Made by a program: the position numbers and the translations under genes
Notes under the pieces: model-generated
Told to the model about the DNA's origin: nothing
The model's input: the letters and a program-made list of their open reading frames with translations, nothing else
The model's database searches: none
Shown: positions 9,048-17,561 of the stretch, piece after piece
How the letters are laid out: every line of letters begins with the position of its first letter
Numbering within the stretch: the stretch's first letter is position 1
Source: an uncultured Acidimicrobiia bacterium
GTDB taxonomy: Bacteria > Acidobacteriota > Vicinamibacteria > Vicinamibacterales > SCN-69-37
Direction of reading: 5' to 3'
DNA: 64,000 nucleotides
Assembly: GCA_966252305.1 (NCBI GenBank)
Contig: CBINOO010000005.1
Coordinates: 6,889-70,888 of the forward strand

Positions 9048-9915
9048 TCTGGAAGGAAGGGTACAGTCGCGCGACACGTTGACGCAGGCCGACCTGCAGC
9101 GCGTGATGACCTGCGCGGACCTGGTGGCCGTCGGGATGTTGGGGGAGGTCGCCCGGCATGCGCATCACGGCGATCTCGTGACCTACACGCTGGTGCTTGG
9201 CGGCGACGCTGACCTCTCAGACGTTCCCGGCGACGCCGCCGAGGTGCGTCTGGTTGACCTTCCCGCATCGTGGGAGGCCGCGGAGGCGCGTGTGCGTGCC
9301 GCTGTTGCGGCGGCCGCGGGTGTGCCGGTCACCGGCTTCTCAGCGGATCACCTGCTGGCGCTCGCCGGTGGTGATCACCTGGCGCTGGCCGACGGCGCGG
9401 CGCGCCTCGCGTCAGCCGGCCTGACGGCCGTCGCCGCCCTCTGGATCGATCGCGTCGACGATGGCGCGGAAGTGGTGCGGGCGCTGCGTCATGGCGGTCT
9501 CGCGGTCTTTCGCGCCGGCATTCGTGAAGCCGCCGGTGTGGAGGCGCGACTTGCGCACCTCCGTCGCATTGCCGACCTGCAAAGTGAAGTGGGCGGCCTG
9601 CAGACGGTGTCGCCCCTGCCGGAAGTGGACCAGGCGGACACGCCGTCCACCGGTTACGACGATGTGCGGACGGTGACGGTGGCGCGTCTGCTGTGCACGT
9701 CGATTCCCTCGGTGCAGGTGGACTGGGCGATGTACGGGCCGAAGCTGGCGCAGGTGGCCATTGCCTACGGCGCCGACCACCTCGATAACGTCCAGGCGCG
9801 TGACGTCCTGGCGCTAGGGCATCGCCGCAGCCCGAAGGCGGATATCGAGCGCCAGATTCGTGCAGCCTTCGCGACGCCTGCGGCACGCGACGGCCGCTTC
9901 CAGCTGCTGACGTGA
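9037..9915 (+). CDS. MqnC/MqnE-like radical-SAM fold protein lacking the CxxxCxxC cluster motif (probable pseudoenzyme or new function)
   Basis: By-eye alignment to the paralog at 11956 shows matching blocks: HHGDLVTYTLV vs HPEGVVTYII; ARLAHLRRIADLQSEVGG vs ERLEHLFRLRDLQDETGG; VQVDWAMYGPKLAQVAIAYGADHLDNV vs LQSSWVTQGGKVGQMSLAYGANDMGSV. The NYTNVCVARCKFCAFY segment is replaced by LGGDADLSDVPGD, and there are only 2 Cys in 292 aa. Confidence 0.65.
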   Translation: MLSDLEGRVQSRDTLTQADLQRVMTCADLVAVGMLGEVARHAHHGDLVTYTLVLGGDADLSDVPGDAAEVRLVDLPASWEAAEARVRAAVAAAAGVPVTGFSADHLLALAGGDHLALADGAARLASAGLTAVAALWIDRVDDGAEVVRALRHGGLAVFRAGIREAAGVEARLAHLRRIADLQSEVGGLQTVSPLPEVDQADTPSTGYDDVRTVTVARLLCTSIPSVQVDWAMYGPKLAQVAIAYGADHLDNVQARDVLALGHRRSPKADIERQIRAAFATPAARDGRFQLLT

Positions 9916-10751
9916 CACCTCGTCCCGTTCGCCTCGGTTCGGTCAACTATCTCAACGCACAGCCGTTGATTTACCGGCTCGGCCCAGGCGGAGACGACCG
10001 GTTCACGGTGCGCAGGGATCCCCCAGCCGAGTGCGCGCGCCTGCTGGCTGAGGGTGACATCGACCTGGGGCTGATTCCGGCCATCGCGTATCACGATCGC
10101 CCGCTCGATCGGATCGTGCCGGATGTCGCGATCGCGTCGCGGGGAGCGGTGGCGTCCGTCGCGATCTTCACGCGCACGCCGATACGCCAGGTGCGCACGA
10201 TCGCGCTCGATACGTCGTCACGAACGTCGGTGGCGCTCGTGCGCATCATGTGTCGTCGGGTGTTTCACATCACGCCGACGTTTGCGCGCCATTCACCCGA
10301 CTTGTCCGCCATGCTCACGCACAGTGACGCGGCTCTGGTGATCGGGGATCCGGCCTTGTTTGCGGATCTGGACGCCGTGGCGTCGGCGGTCGGCGCTCCC
10401 GGGGGGATCACCAAGATTGACCTCGGCGCGTTGTGGACGGAGATGACCGGACTGCCGTTTGTGTGGGCTTTCTGGGCAGGCCGACCCGGCGCGGCGTCCC
10501 CCGAGATCGTGGCAGCCCTGCAGGCGACCCGTGATGCCGGGTTGGCCGTCTCCGACACGCTGGCCGACGCCTACGTCGCAGCCTCGCCTGCGCATCGTGA
10601 CGCCGCGCGCCGATACCTGCGCGAACACATTCAATACGGCCTGGCTGGCGACTACCTGACCGGCCTCCGCACGTATTACCGCGAAGCCCACGAGGCCGGT
10701 GTGATTGACACGATTGCCGAACCCCTCTTCTTTGAGGCGGTCACCGCATGA
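9912..10751 (+). CDS. mqnA: Chorismate dehydratase MqnA (futalosine pathway)
   Basis: N-terminal VRLGSVNYLNAQPL motif and periplasmic-binding-protein-like length (279 aa), both characteristic of MqnA/DUF178. Sits in mqn gene context. Confidence 0.8.
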   Translation: MTPRPVRLGSVNYLNAQPLIYRLGPGGDDRFTVRRDPPAECARLLAEGDIDLGLIPAIAYHDRPLDRIVPDVAIASRGAVASVAIFTRTPIRQVRTIALDTSSRTSVALVRIMCRRVFHITPTFARHSPDLSAMLTHSDAALVIGDPALFADLDAVASAVGAPGGITKIDLGALWTEMTGLPFVWAFWAGRPGAASPEIVAALQATRDAGLAVSDTLADAYVAASPAHRDAARRYLREHIQYGLAGDYLTGLRTYYREAHEAGVIDTIAEPLFFEAVTA

Positions 10752-11959
10752 GCGCCCGCACGGCCGCGATCACCTTCATCTTCATCACCGTCGTCCTCGA
10801 TATCCTCGCGCTTGGCATCGTCATTCCGGTGCTGCCCGTGCTGGTGGAGGAGTTCCTCGGCGGCGATACGGCACGCGCGGCTTCGGTGTTTGGCTTGTTC
10901 GGCACCGTCTGGGCCTTGATGCAGTTTGTCCTCGCGCCGATCCTGGGCTCGCTCAGCGATCGGTTTGGCCGGCGTCCGGTCATCCTGCTGTCGTGCCTGG
11001 GACTTGGTCTTGACTACGTGCTGATGGCGCTTGCCCCGACGATCACCTGGCTGTTTGTGGGTCGGGTGTTGTCCGGTGTCACGTCAGCGAGTTTTGCGAC
11101 GGCCGGGGCCTACATCGCCGACGTGACGCCGCCGGAACGCCGCGCGGCGGGCTTCGGGATGATCGGAGCGGCGTTTGGCGTGGGATTTGTCCTGGGGCCC
11201 GCGCTTGGCGGCGTGCTGGGCGCGGTGGACCCGCGGCTGCCGTTCTGGGTCGCCGGCGGTCTGGCCCTGGTCAATGCTTTGTACGGCTACTTCGTCCTTC
11301 CCGAATCGCTGCCCCTTGAACGGCGAAAGTCGTTCTCGTGGCGTCGGGCAAATCCTCTTGGCACGCTTGACATGTTGCGCCGCCATGCAGGACTGGCCGG
11401 CCTTGCGTCGGTCGCCGTGATCTATCACCTCGTGCACCACGTGCTGCCCAGTGTGTACGTGCTCTACGTCGGCTATCGCTACGGGTGGAACCCTCGCGAC
11501 ACCGGACTGACCCTTGCCGCGGTCGGGGTCATGAGTGTGATCGTGCAGGGTGGCCTTGTGCGACCGCTGGTCGCGCGTTTTGGCGAGCGGCGGACGCTCC
11601 TGACCGGACTGGCTGCCGGCATCGCGGGATACCTGATCTTCGGGCTGGCCGAGCAGGGGGCCTGGTTCCTGATGGGAGTCCCGGTGTTTGGCCTGATGGG
11701 GCTCTTTAATCCATCGTTGCAGGGGCTGATGACACGCCGGGTCGCGGCCTCCGAGCAGGGGCAGTTGCAGGGCATCAACGGCAGTTTCATGGGGTTGACG
11801 GGCATCGTCGGTCCCGGCTTGTTCACGTCCGTCTTTGCGCTGGCGATTGGGCGCGGTGCCGGCTGGCAATTGCCGGGGGCGCCGTTTGTGCTGGCCGCGT
11901 CATTGCTGAGCGTCGCCTGGCTCGTCGCCTGGCGAGTTACCATGGAACCATCGTCATGA
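10748..11959 (+). CDS. MFS transporter, TetA/TCR-like (12 TMS)
   Basis: MFS motif A GSLSDRFGRRPVILLS after TM2. N-terminus typical of the TetA-like subfamily (ITFIFITVVLDILALGIVIPVLPVL). 403 aa, hydrophobic throughout. Confidence 0.8.
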   Translation: MSARTAAITFIFITVVLDILALGIVIPVLPVLVEEFLGGDTARAASVFGLFGTVWALMQFVLAPILGSLSDRFGRRPVILLSCLGLGLDYVLMALAPTITWLFVGRVLSGVTSASFATAGAYIADVTPPERRAAGFGMIGAAFGVGFVLGPALGGVLGAVDPRLPFWVAGGLALVNALYGYFVLPESLPLERRKSFSWRRANPLGTLDMLRRHAGLAGLASVAVIYHLVHHVLPSVYVLYVGYRYGWNPRDTGLTLAAVGVMSVIVQGGLVRPLVARFGERRTLLTGLAAGIAGYLIFGLAEQGAWFLMGVPVFGLMGLFNPSLQGLMTRRVAASEQGQLQGINGSFMGLTGIVGPGLFTSVFALAIGRGAGWQLPGAPFVLAASLLSVAWLVAWRVTMEPSS

Positions 11960-13170
11960 GTGTGCAGGCGATTGCAGACAAGCTGGTGGCGGGTGGGCGG
12001 CTCGATCGCGACGAAGCCCGCGAGTTCTACCTGACGGCGCCGACGTCGCTGCTGGGGCGGCTCGCGGATCGCGCGCGACAGGCGCGGCATCCCGAGGGTG
12101 TGGTCACCTACATCATCGACCGCAACGTCAACTACACGAACGTGTGCGTGGCGCGCTGCAAGTTCTGCGCGTTCTACCGGCCGGTCGGATCCACTGAGGG
12201 GTACACCCTCGGCTTCGACGAAATCTTCTCGAAGATCGAGGAGACGATGGCCCTGGGTGGAGGGCAGTTGCTGCTGCAGGGCGGGCACAATCCGGATGTG
12301 CCGCTCGAGTGGTATGTCGACCTGTTCTCGCAGGTGAAACAGCGATATCCCGACTTTCGCCTGCACGCGTTGTCTCCGCCGGAGATCATCCACATCTCAC
12401 GTTTGTCCGGGTTGCCCACAGAGACGGTCATCGCGCGTCTGATCGACGCGGGCCTCGACTCGGTGCCCGGCGGTGGCGCGGAGATTCTCGTCGACCGCGT
12501 GCGCAAGGAACTGCACTGTTACAACAAGGCCACTGCCGACGAGTGGCTCGGCGTCATGCGTCAGGCCCATCAGGCCGGACTCCGCACGACCGCCACGATG
12601 ATGTACGGCACGGTCGAGACGGTTGACGAACGTCTCGAACACCTCTTCCGCCTGCGCGACCTGCAGGACGAGACGGGCGGGTTCACGGCCTTCATCGCGT
12701 GGAGTTATCAGCCCGAGCACACCGAACTGGGTGGGCAGGAGGCGACCGGCATCGAATACCTGCGCACGCTTGCGTTGTCGCGGCTGGTGCTCGACAACTT
12801 CGACAACCTGCAGTCGTCCTGGGTCACACAGGGCGGCAAGGTCGGGCAGATGAGCCTCGCGTACGGCGCCAACGACATGGGCTCGGTGATGATCGAGGAA
12901 AATGTCGTGCGGGCCGCCGGCGCCGAATACTGCATGGACGAGTTCGAGGTCGTGCGGAACATCGAAAACGCCGGCCTGGTCGCCAAGCGCCGCAACATGC
13001 ACTACGAAGTGCTCGGCGATCCCGTCTTCCGGCAGCGCGATGTGCCCCGCATGCTCGAACTGGCCGTGTCCCGCCATGATGGTCAGGCCGGTGAGGCTGA
13101 CGATCTGCGTGGCTACGCGGCCCGGTCGGCACACGTCAAGCGGCTGCGCAGCGGAGGCATGAGCCAGTAG
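11956..13170 (+). CDS. Radical SAM enzyme of the MqnE (aminofutalosine synthase) / MqnC (cyclic dehypoxanthinyl futalosine synthase) family
   Basis: Intact cluster motif NYTNVCVARCKFCAFYR and family-typical N- and C-terminal blocks. I cannot separate MqnE from MqnC by eye. Confidence 0.8.
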   Translation: MSVQAIADKLVAGGRLDRDEAREFYLTAPTSLLGRLADRARQARHPEGVVTYIIDRNVNYTNVCVARCKFCAFYRPVGSTEGYTLGFDEIFSKIEETMALGGGQLLLQGGHNPDVPLEWYVDLFSQVKQRYPDFRLHALSPPEIIHISRLSGLPTETVIARLIDAGLDSVPGGGAEILVDRVRKELHCYNKATADEWLGVMRQAHQAGLRTTATMMYGTVETVDERLEHLFRLRDLQDETGGFTAFIAWSYQPEHTELGGQEATGIEYLRTLALSRLVLDNFDNLQSSWVTQGGKVGQMSLAYGANDMGSVMIEENVVRAAGAEYCMDEFEVVRNIENAGLVAKRRNMHYEVLGDPVFRQRDVPRMLELAVSRHDGQAGEADDLRGYAARSAHVKRLRSGGMSQ

Positions 13171-13174
13171 GTGC

Positions 13175-14401
13175 GTGATGGCGCCCCGCACCGTTCGCGC
13201 TCGCTGGGTCATGCCTCGTGCCGGAACCCTCTGGCATGGGGGCTGGCTTCAGGCCGCTGATCACGCCGTCACAGACCTCGGTCCACGCGGCGCGTCGTCA
13301 GGCGTCGACCTGGGCGACGTCGTGGTGATGCCCGGGCTCGTGAATGCGCACACACACCTTGAACTGAGCTGGCTGGCGGGGAAGGTGCCGCCGGCAGCGT
13401 CGATGGATGGCTGGCTGCGCGCGATGATGCACCTGCGCCGTCTGGGGCCTCCCGGGGGCGACGTGGAAGTGCTCGCGGCCATCGACACCGCGCTGGCGGA
13501 TGCGCGGGCGACGGGCACGGCGCTGATTGGCGACGTGACCAACACCCTGATGTCGGCATCCCGGCTGCGGCGGGCCGGCATGTCGGCGACGTTGTTCCAC
13601 GAGATCCTCGGTTTCAGACCGGTGGACGTGACCGGCCTGGTGCGGCAGGCCCGGGAGCGGCTGGGCGACGCCATGGGCGATGAGGCGGGGCTGCAGGGGG
13701 CCGTGGCCGCGCACGCGCCGTATTCGACGGCGCCGGCGCTGTTCCGCGAAATCGCCCGCACGCATGAGGGGCCCGCGCCGCTGGCCGTGCACATCGCAGA
13801 GTCGCTGGAAGAAATGGCGCTGCTGCGCGATGGGTCCGGTCCCTTTCGCGCGCTGCTGGAACGGCTGGAGGTCTGGGACGAGGCGTGGACACCACCCGGC
13901 CCCGCACCGATCCGTTTCCTCCGGACCCATGGGTATCTCGGCGCGGGCACGTTGCTCGTGCATGGCGTGCACCTGACGCCGGATGAACTTGACGAGGTTC
14001 GTCAGGCAGACGCGATCCTGGTGACGTGTCCGCGCAGCAACACCTGGGTGGGTGGCGGGGTTCCGCCCGTGGCGCGCTTCTACGCGGCGGGCGTCGACGT
14101 GGCCGTGGGCACCGACAGCCTGGCCTCGGTGGATTCACTCAATCTCTTTGATGAGCTGGCGGCATTGCGGCGCCTGGCGCCGGAGGTCGAAGCCGCGCGG
14201 CTGCTCGACAGCGCCACGCGCATTGGCGCGCGGGCGTTGGGCTGGGGACGCACACATGGCGTGCTGGCCCCGGGCAGCGCATCACTCGCGGCGGTCGTGC
14301 GTGTCCCGGCTGACCTGACCGATCCACGTGATGTGGAAGAATACTTGGTGAGCGGTGTCGCGGTTGACGCCGTCTCTCTGCTCGACCTCGCCGCCGCATG
14401 A
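13175..14401 (+). CDS. Amidohydrolase-superfamily deaminase (candidate aminodeoxyfutalosine deaminase)
   Basis: Metal-ligand pattern of the chlorohydrolase/MTA-SAH deaminase subfamily: VNAHTHLE, HIAES, LVHGVH, GTDSLAS. Its position next to the MqnE/C gene suggests the aminofutalosine role. Confidence 0.65.
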   Translation: MMAPRTVRARWVMPRAGTLWHGGWLQAADHAVTDLGPRGASSGVDLGDVVVMPGLVNAHTHLELSWLAGKVPPAASMDGWLRAMMHLRRLGPPGGDVEVLAAIDTALADARATGTALIGDVTNTLMSASRLRRAGMSATLFHEILGFRPVDVTGLVRQARERLGDAMGDEAGLQGAVAAHAPYSTAPALFREIARTHEGPAPLAVHIAESLEEMALLRDGSGPFRALLERLEVWDEAWTPPGPAPIRFLRTHGYLGAGTLLVHGVHLTPDELDEVRQADAILVTCPRSNTWVGGGVPPVARFYAAGVDVAVGTDSLASVDSLNLFDELAALRRLAPEVEAARLLDSATRIGARALGWGRTHGVLAPGSASLAAVVRVPADLTDPRDVEEYLVSGVAVDAVSLLDLAAA

Positions 14402-15252
14402 TCGCCCGCATCCAGACGTACGCCTCATTCGTGCGGTTCTCGCATTCTGTCTTTGCCCTGCCGTTTGCGCTGGTGGGCGCGCTGCTGGCGGCTCGTATGG
14501 TCGGGTGGGACTGGTCCAGGCTCATCTGGATCGTCGTCTGCATGGTGACGGCACGAAGTGCGGCCATGGGCTTCAACCGCCTCGTGGACGCCGAGTTCGA
14601 TGCGCGCAACCCGCGAACCAACGTCCGCGAATTGCCGCAGGGCCGAATGACCCGCGCAGAAGCCGCGATCTTCGTCGTCGTGTCGTCAGTGGCGTTTGTC
14701 GCGGCGACCTGGCCGCTTGGGTGGGTGTGTTTCGTGTTGTCGCCCGTCGCCCTGGCCATCGTGTTCTGGTACTCGCTGGCCAAGCGGTTCACCTATTACA
14801 CGCAGCTGTTCCTTGGACTCGCCATGGCGGTCGCCCCTGTCGGCGGCTGGTTGGCGGCTGGTGGCCGAGGTGGATGGGAGCCGTGGCTCCTGGGGCTCGC
14901 GATCGGCACCTGGGTCGGGGGATTCGACGTGCTCTACGCCTGTCAGGACCTTGATGTGGATCGTCGCGAAGGGCTGCGGTCCATTCCCGTCAGGTTCGGG
15001 GTGGAACGTGCCTTGCTGATTTCGCGCGGCATGCACGTCGTTGCCGTGCTGGCGCTGGCGGCGCTTGGCGTCGTGGCGGGCCTGGGCGTGACGTATGCCG
15101 CCGGCGTCCTCGGCGTGGCGCTCCTGCTCGTGTATGAGCAGTCGCTCGTGCGCGCCGATGACCTGTCGAAGGTGAAGTTCGCGTTCGACCTCAATGGCTG
15201 GGTGGGCCTGCTGTACCTGGCGACCACCGCGGCGGATGTCTACTGGGCCTGA
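14398..15252 (+). CDS. UbiA-family aromatic prenyltransferase (MqnP-like)
   Basis: Polytopic membrane protein with NRLVDAEFDARNPRT (NxxxDxxxD) and a second Asp-rich motif YACQDLDVDRREG. Confidence 0.8.
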   Translation: MIARIQTYASFVRFSHSVFALPFALVGALLAARMVGWDWSRLIWIVVCMVTARSAAMGFNRLVDAEFDARNPRTNVRELPQGRMTRAEAAIFVVVSSVAFVAATWPLGWVCFVLSPVALAIVFWYSLAKRFTYYTQLFLGLAMAVAPVGGWLAAGGRGGWEPWLLGLAIGTWVGGFDVLYACQDLDVDRREGLRSIPVRFGVERALLISRGMHVVAVLALAALGVVAGLGVTYAAGVLGVALLLVYEQSLVRADDLSKVKFAFDLNGWVGLLYLATTAADVYWA

Positions 15253-15885
15253 GTGATGAGTGTGCCTGCCCCTTCTTTCACGCGTCCGTCGATTGCCGTC
15301 GGGGTCACCGGTGCGTCCGGCGCGCTGTATGCCGTCCGCACGATTGCGGCGTTGCTCGAGCAGGGATGCCATCTCGAACTGGTGTTCTCCGACTACGGTC
15401 GGCGGCTGCTGCTCGACGAGCTCGGGCCGGACGCCAGGGTGGAGCGGCTCCAGGAACTGCTCGAGTCGCGATATGGATCCGCCGTGAGCCGTGGCAGCTA
15501 CGTCATTCACAGCAACAAGGATCTCGGGGCATCCATTGCCAGCGGCAGCCATCGTTGCCAGGGCATGGTCATCGTGCCCTGTTCGATGAAGACGCTGGCG
15601 GGCGTGGCCCTCGGCCTGTCGCGGTCGCTCATCGAACGCGCGGCGGACGTCATGCTCAAGGAGCATCGGCGCCTGGTGCTCGTGCCTCGTGAAACGCCGA
15701 TGAGCCTGCCCGCGCTGCGACATCAAGTCTCGGCCGCCGAGGCGGGCGCCATCATCCTGCCGGCGATGCCGGCGTTTTATCAGCGCCCCGCCACCATTGA
15801 TGACCTTGCCGATTTCATCGCCGGGAAGATCCTCAATACGCTGGGCTTCGAACAGCATCTGTTCCCTCCCTGGAAAGGCGAGTAG
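15253..15885 (+). CDS. ubiX: UbiX-family flavin prenyltransferase (MqnL-like)
   Basis: GVTGASGALYAVR nucleotide-binding start and the PCSMKTLAGVALG motif. 210 aa. Confidence 0.85.
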   Translation: MMSVPAPSFTRPSIAVGVTGASGALYAVRTIAALLEQGCHLELVFSDYGRRLLLDELGPDARVERLQELLESRYGSAVSRGSYVIHSNKDLGASIASGSHRCQGMVIVPCSMKTLAGVALGLSRSLIERAADVMLKEHRRLVLVPRETPMSLPALRHQVSAAEAGAIILPAMPAFYQRPATIDDLADFIAGKILNTLGFEQHLFPPWKGE

Positions 15886-16601
15886 TGGTTTCGACGTCGC
15901 GTGAGCCGGCACGGATCTCCGGCATGTTTGACCGTATCGCGCATCGTTACGACCGCATGAACCGCGTGCTCAGTGTCGGGCTTGACCAGCGGTGGCGCGC
16001 GCGGGGGATTCGGGAACTGCAACTGACCGGCACGGAACACGTGCTCGACATGTGCACCGGAACGGCCGACCTGGCGATCAAGGCGGCCACGATGACGCCG
16101 GGCTCAGCGAAACAGGTGATCGGTGTGGACTTCGCCGGTGAGATGTTGCGCCTCGGGCTCGACAAGGTCCGTCGAGCTCATCTGCAGGATCGCGTGCATC
16201 TGGTCCGCGGCGATGCCACGAACGTGCCCCTGCCCGACGGCGCCTTTGACGCGGCGATGGTGGCGTTCGGCATTCGCAACGTGCAGGACTACGCGTCCGC
16301 GATTCGTGAGTTTGCTCGCGTGCTCAAGCCCGGCGGACGACTGGCGATCCTGGAGTTCGGGCACCCGCAGCTGCCGCTCATCAAGCAGTGTTATCGCTGG
16401 TATTTCACGAAATTGCTCCCGCTCATCGGTCGCTGGGGTTCACGACACCAGGAGGCATACTCGTACTTGCCGGCGTCGGTCGACACCTTTCCGGAGCCGG
16501 CCGCGTTTGCCACGCTGCTGACACAACACGGATTTTCAACGGTTCGCACCGTCTCTTTGACCATGGGCACCGTCTACCTGTACGTCGCTGTTCGCGCCTG
16601 A
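15885..16601 (+). CDS. ubiE: Demethylmenaquinone/ubiquinone C-methyltransferase UbiE/MenG
   Basis: MFDRIAHRYDRMNRVLSVGLDQRWR signature and SAM motif VLDMCTGTADLA. Confidence 0.85.
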   Translation: MVSTSREPARISGMFDRIAHRYDRMNRVLSVGLDQRWRARGIRELQLTGTEHVLDMCTGTADLAIKAATMTPGSAKQVIGVDFAGEMLRLGLDKVRRAHLQDRVHLVRGDATNVPLPDGAFDAAMVAFGIRNVQDYASAIREFARVLKPGGRLAILEFGHPQLPLIKQCYRWYFTKLLPLIGRWGSRHQEAYSYLPASVDTFPEPAAFATLLTQHGFSTVRTVSLTMGTVYLYVAVRA

Positions 16602-16669
16602 GGCCCGGCAGCCTCGTGGGCTCGATGTCGGCAATGTCCGGCCAGACGGGCTAGGATCGAACAGTAACG

Positions 16670-17560
16670 ATGCATCTGGACCTCGACGACTACCGCCCGG
16701 AAGCTCCGAGCGTCCCCCCCGTGATTTCGCGGCGAGAGGGCGTGTTGTTGTCGCTCGTCCTGCATCTGTCGCTGACCATCGCGTACTTGCTGACGCCTCC
16801 CGGGTTCTTCGACAGCGAAGTCGTCCCGGCCACCCCAGCGCAGGTCGCGCCCGAAGAACCCGTGCGCTTCGTCATGATGGAGCCGCTGGCGGAGCGGACC
16901 GTGCCGCCCCCACCGCGCGCGGAGGCCTCCGATCTCGATCGACGCGCGACCACCATCGAACGTCCGCCAGCCCCTGAAAACCCGGCGCCTTTTTCGCGCG
17001 GCAACACGCCGGACAAGATCGTTGGCGGGCCGCCGGCCGAGCCGACAGGCGGCGATCGCGGCACCTCGGCCGAACGGCCCGCGGAGAACACGCCGCCGCC
17101 AACCTCGACGGCGCCGGCGATCCTGTCGGAGGACGCGGCGGCCAAAGCCGCGGGCGAAGGGCTGGCGCGGTCGTTGCGCAACATGCAGCAGATGCTGCGC
17201 AACGAGAACTTCTCGAACGACCGGGGCGGTGAGGCCGAACAGGACGCCCAGATCAGCTTCGATTCCAAGGGCGTGGACTTTGGCTGGTGGCTGCGGCGGT
17301 TCGTGGCGCAGGTCAAGAGCAACTGGTTCATTCCCAACTCCGCCGCCATCGTACCGGGCCGTGTGGTCATCACGTTCAACGTGCATCGCAACGGCTTCAT
17401 CACCGACGTGGCGGTGCTCAGGTCATCCGGCCACCGCGCGCTGGATCAGGCTGCGGTGAACGCGTTGCGGACATCGAATCCGACAGTTCCGCTCCCCGCG
17501 GAGTACCCGGACGACAAGGCCTTTTTCACCGTCACGTTCATTTACAACGTGCTTCGCTGA
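16670..17560 (+). CDS. TonB-family energy transducer-like protein
   Basis: N-terminal single TM (VLLSLVLHLSLTIAYLL), a long Pro-rich spacer, and a C-terminal TonB-C-like domain (GRVVITFNVHRNGFITDVAVLRSSGHRALDQAAVNAL). Confidence 0.7.
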   Translation: MHLDLDDYRPEAPSVPPVISRREGVLLSLVLHLSLTIAYLLTPPGFFDSEVVPATPAQVAPEEPVRFVMMEPLAERTVPPPPRAEASDLDRRATTIERPPAPENPAPFSRGNTPDKIVGGPPAEPTGGDRGTSAERPAENTPPPTSTAPAILSEDAAAKAAGEGLARSLRNMQQMLRNENFSNDRGGEAEQDAQISFDSKGVDFGWWLRRFVAQVKSNWFIPNSAAIVPGRVVITFNVHRNGFITDVAVLRSSGHRALDQAAVNALRTSNPTVPLPAEYPDDKAFFTVTFIYNVLR

Positions 17561-17561
17561 C

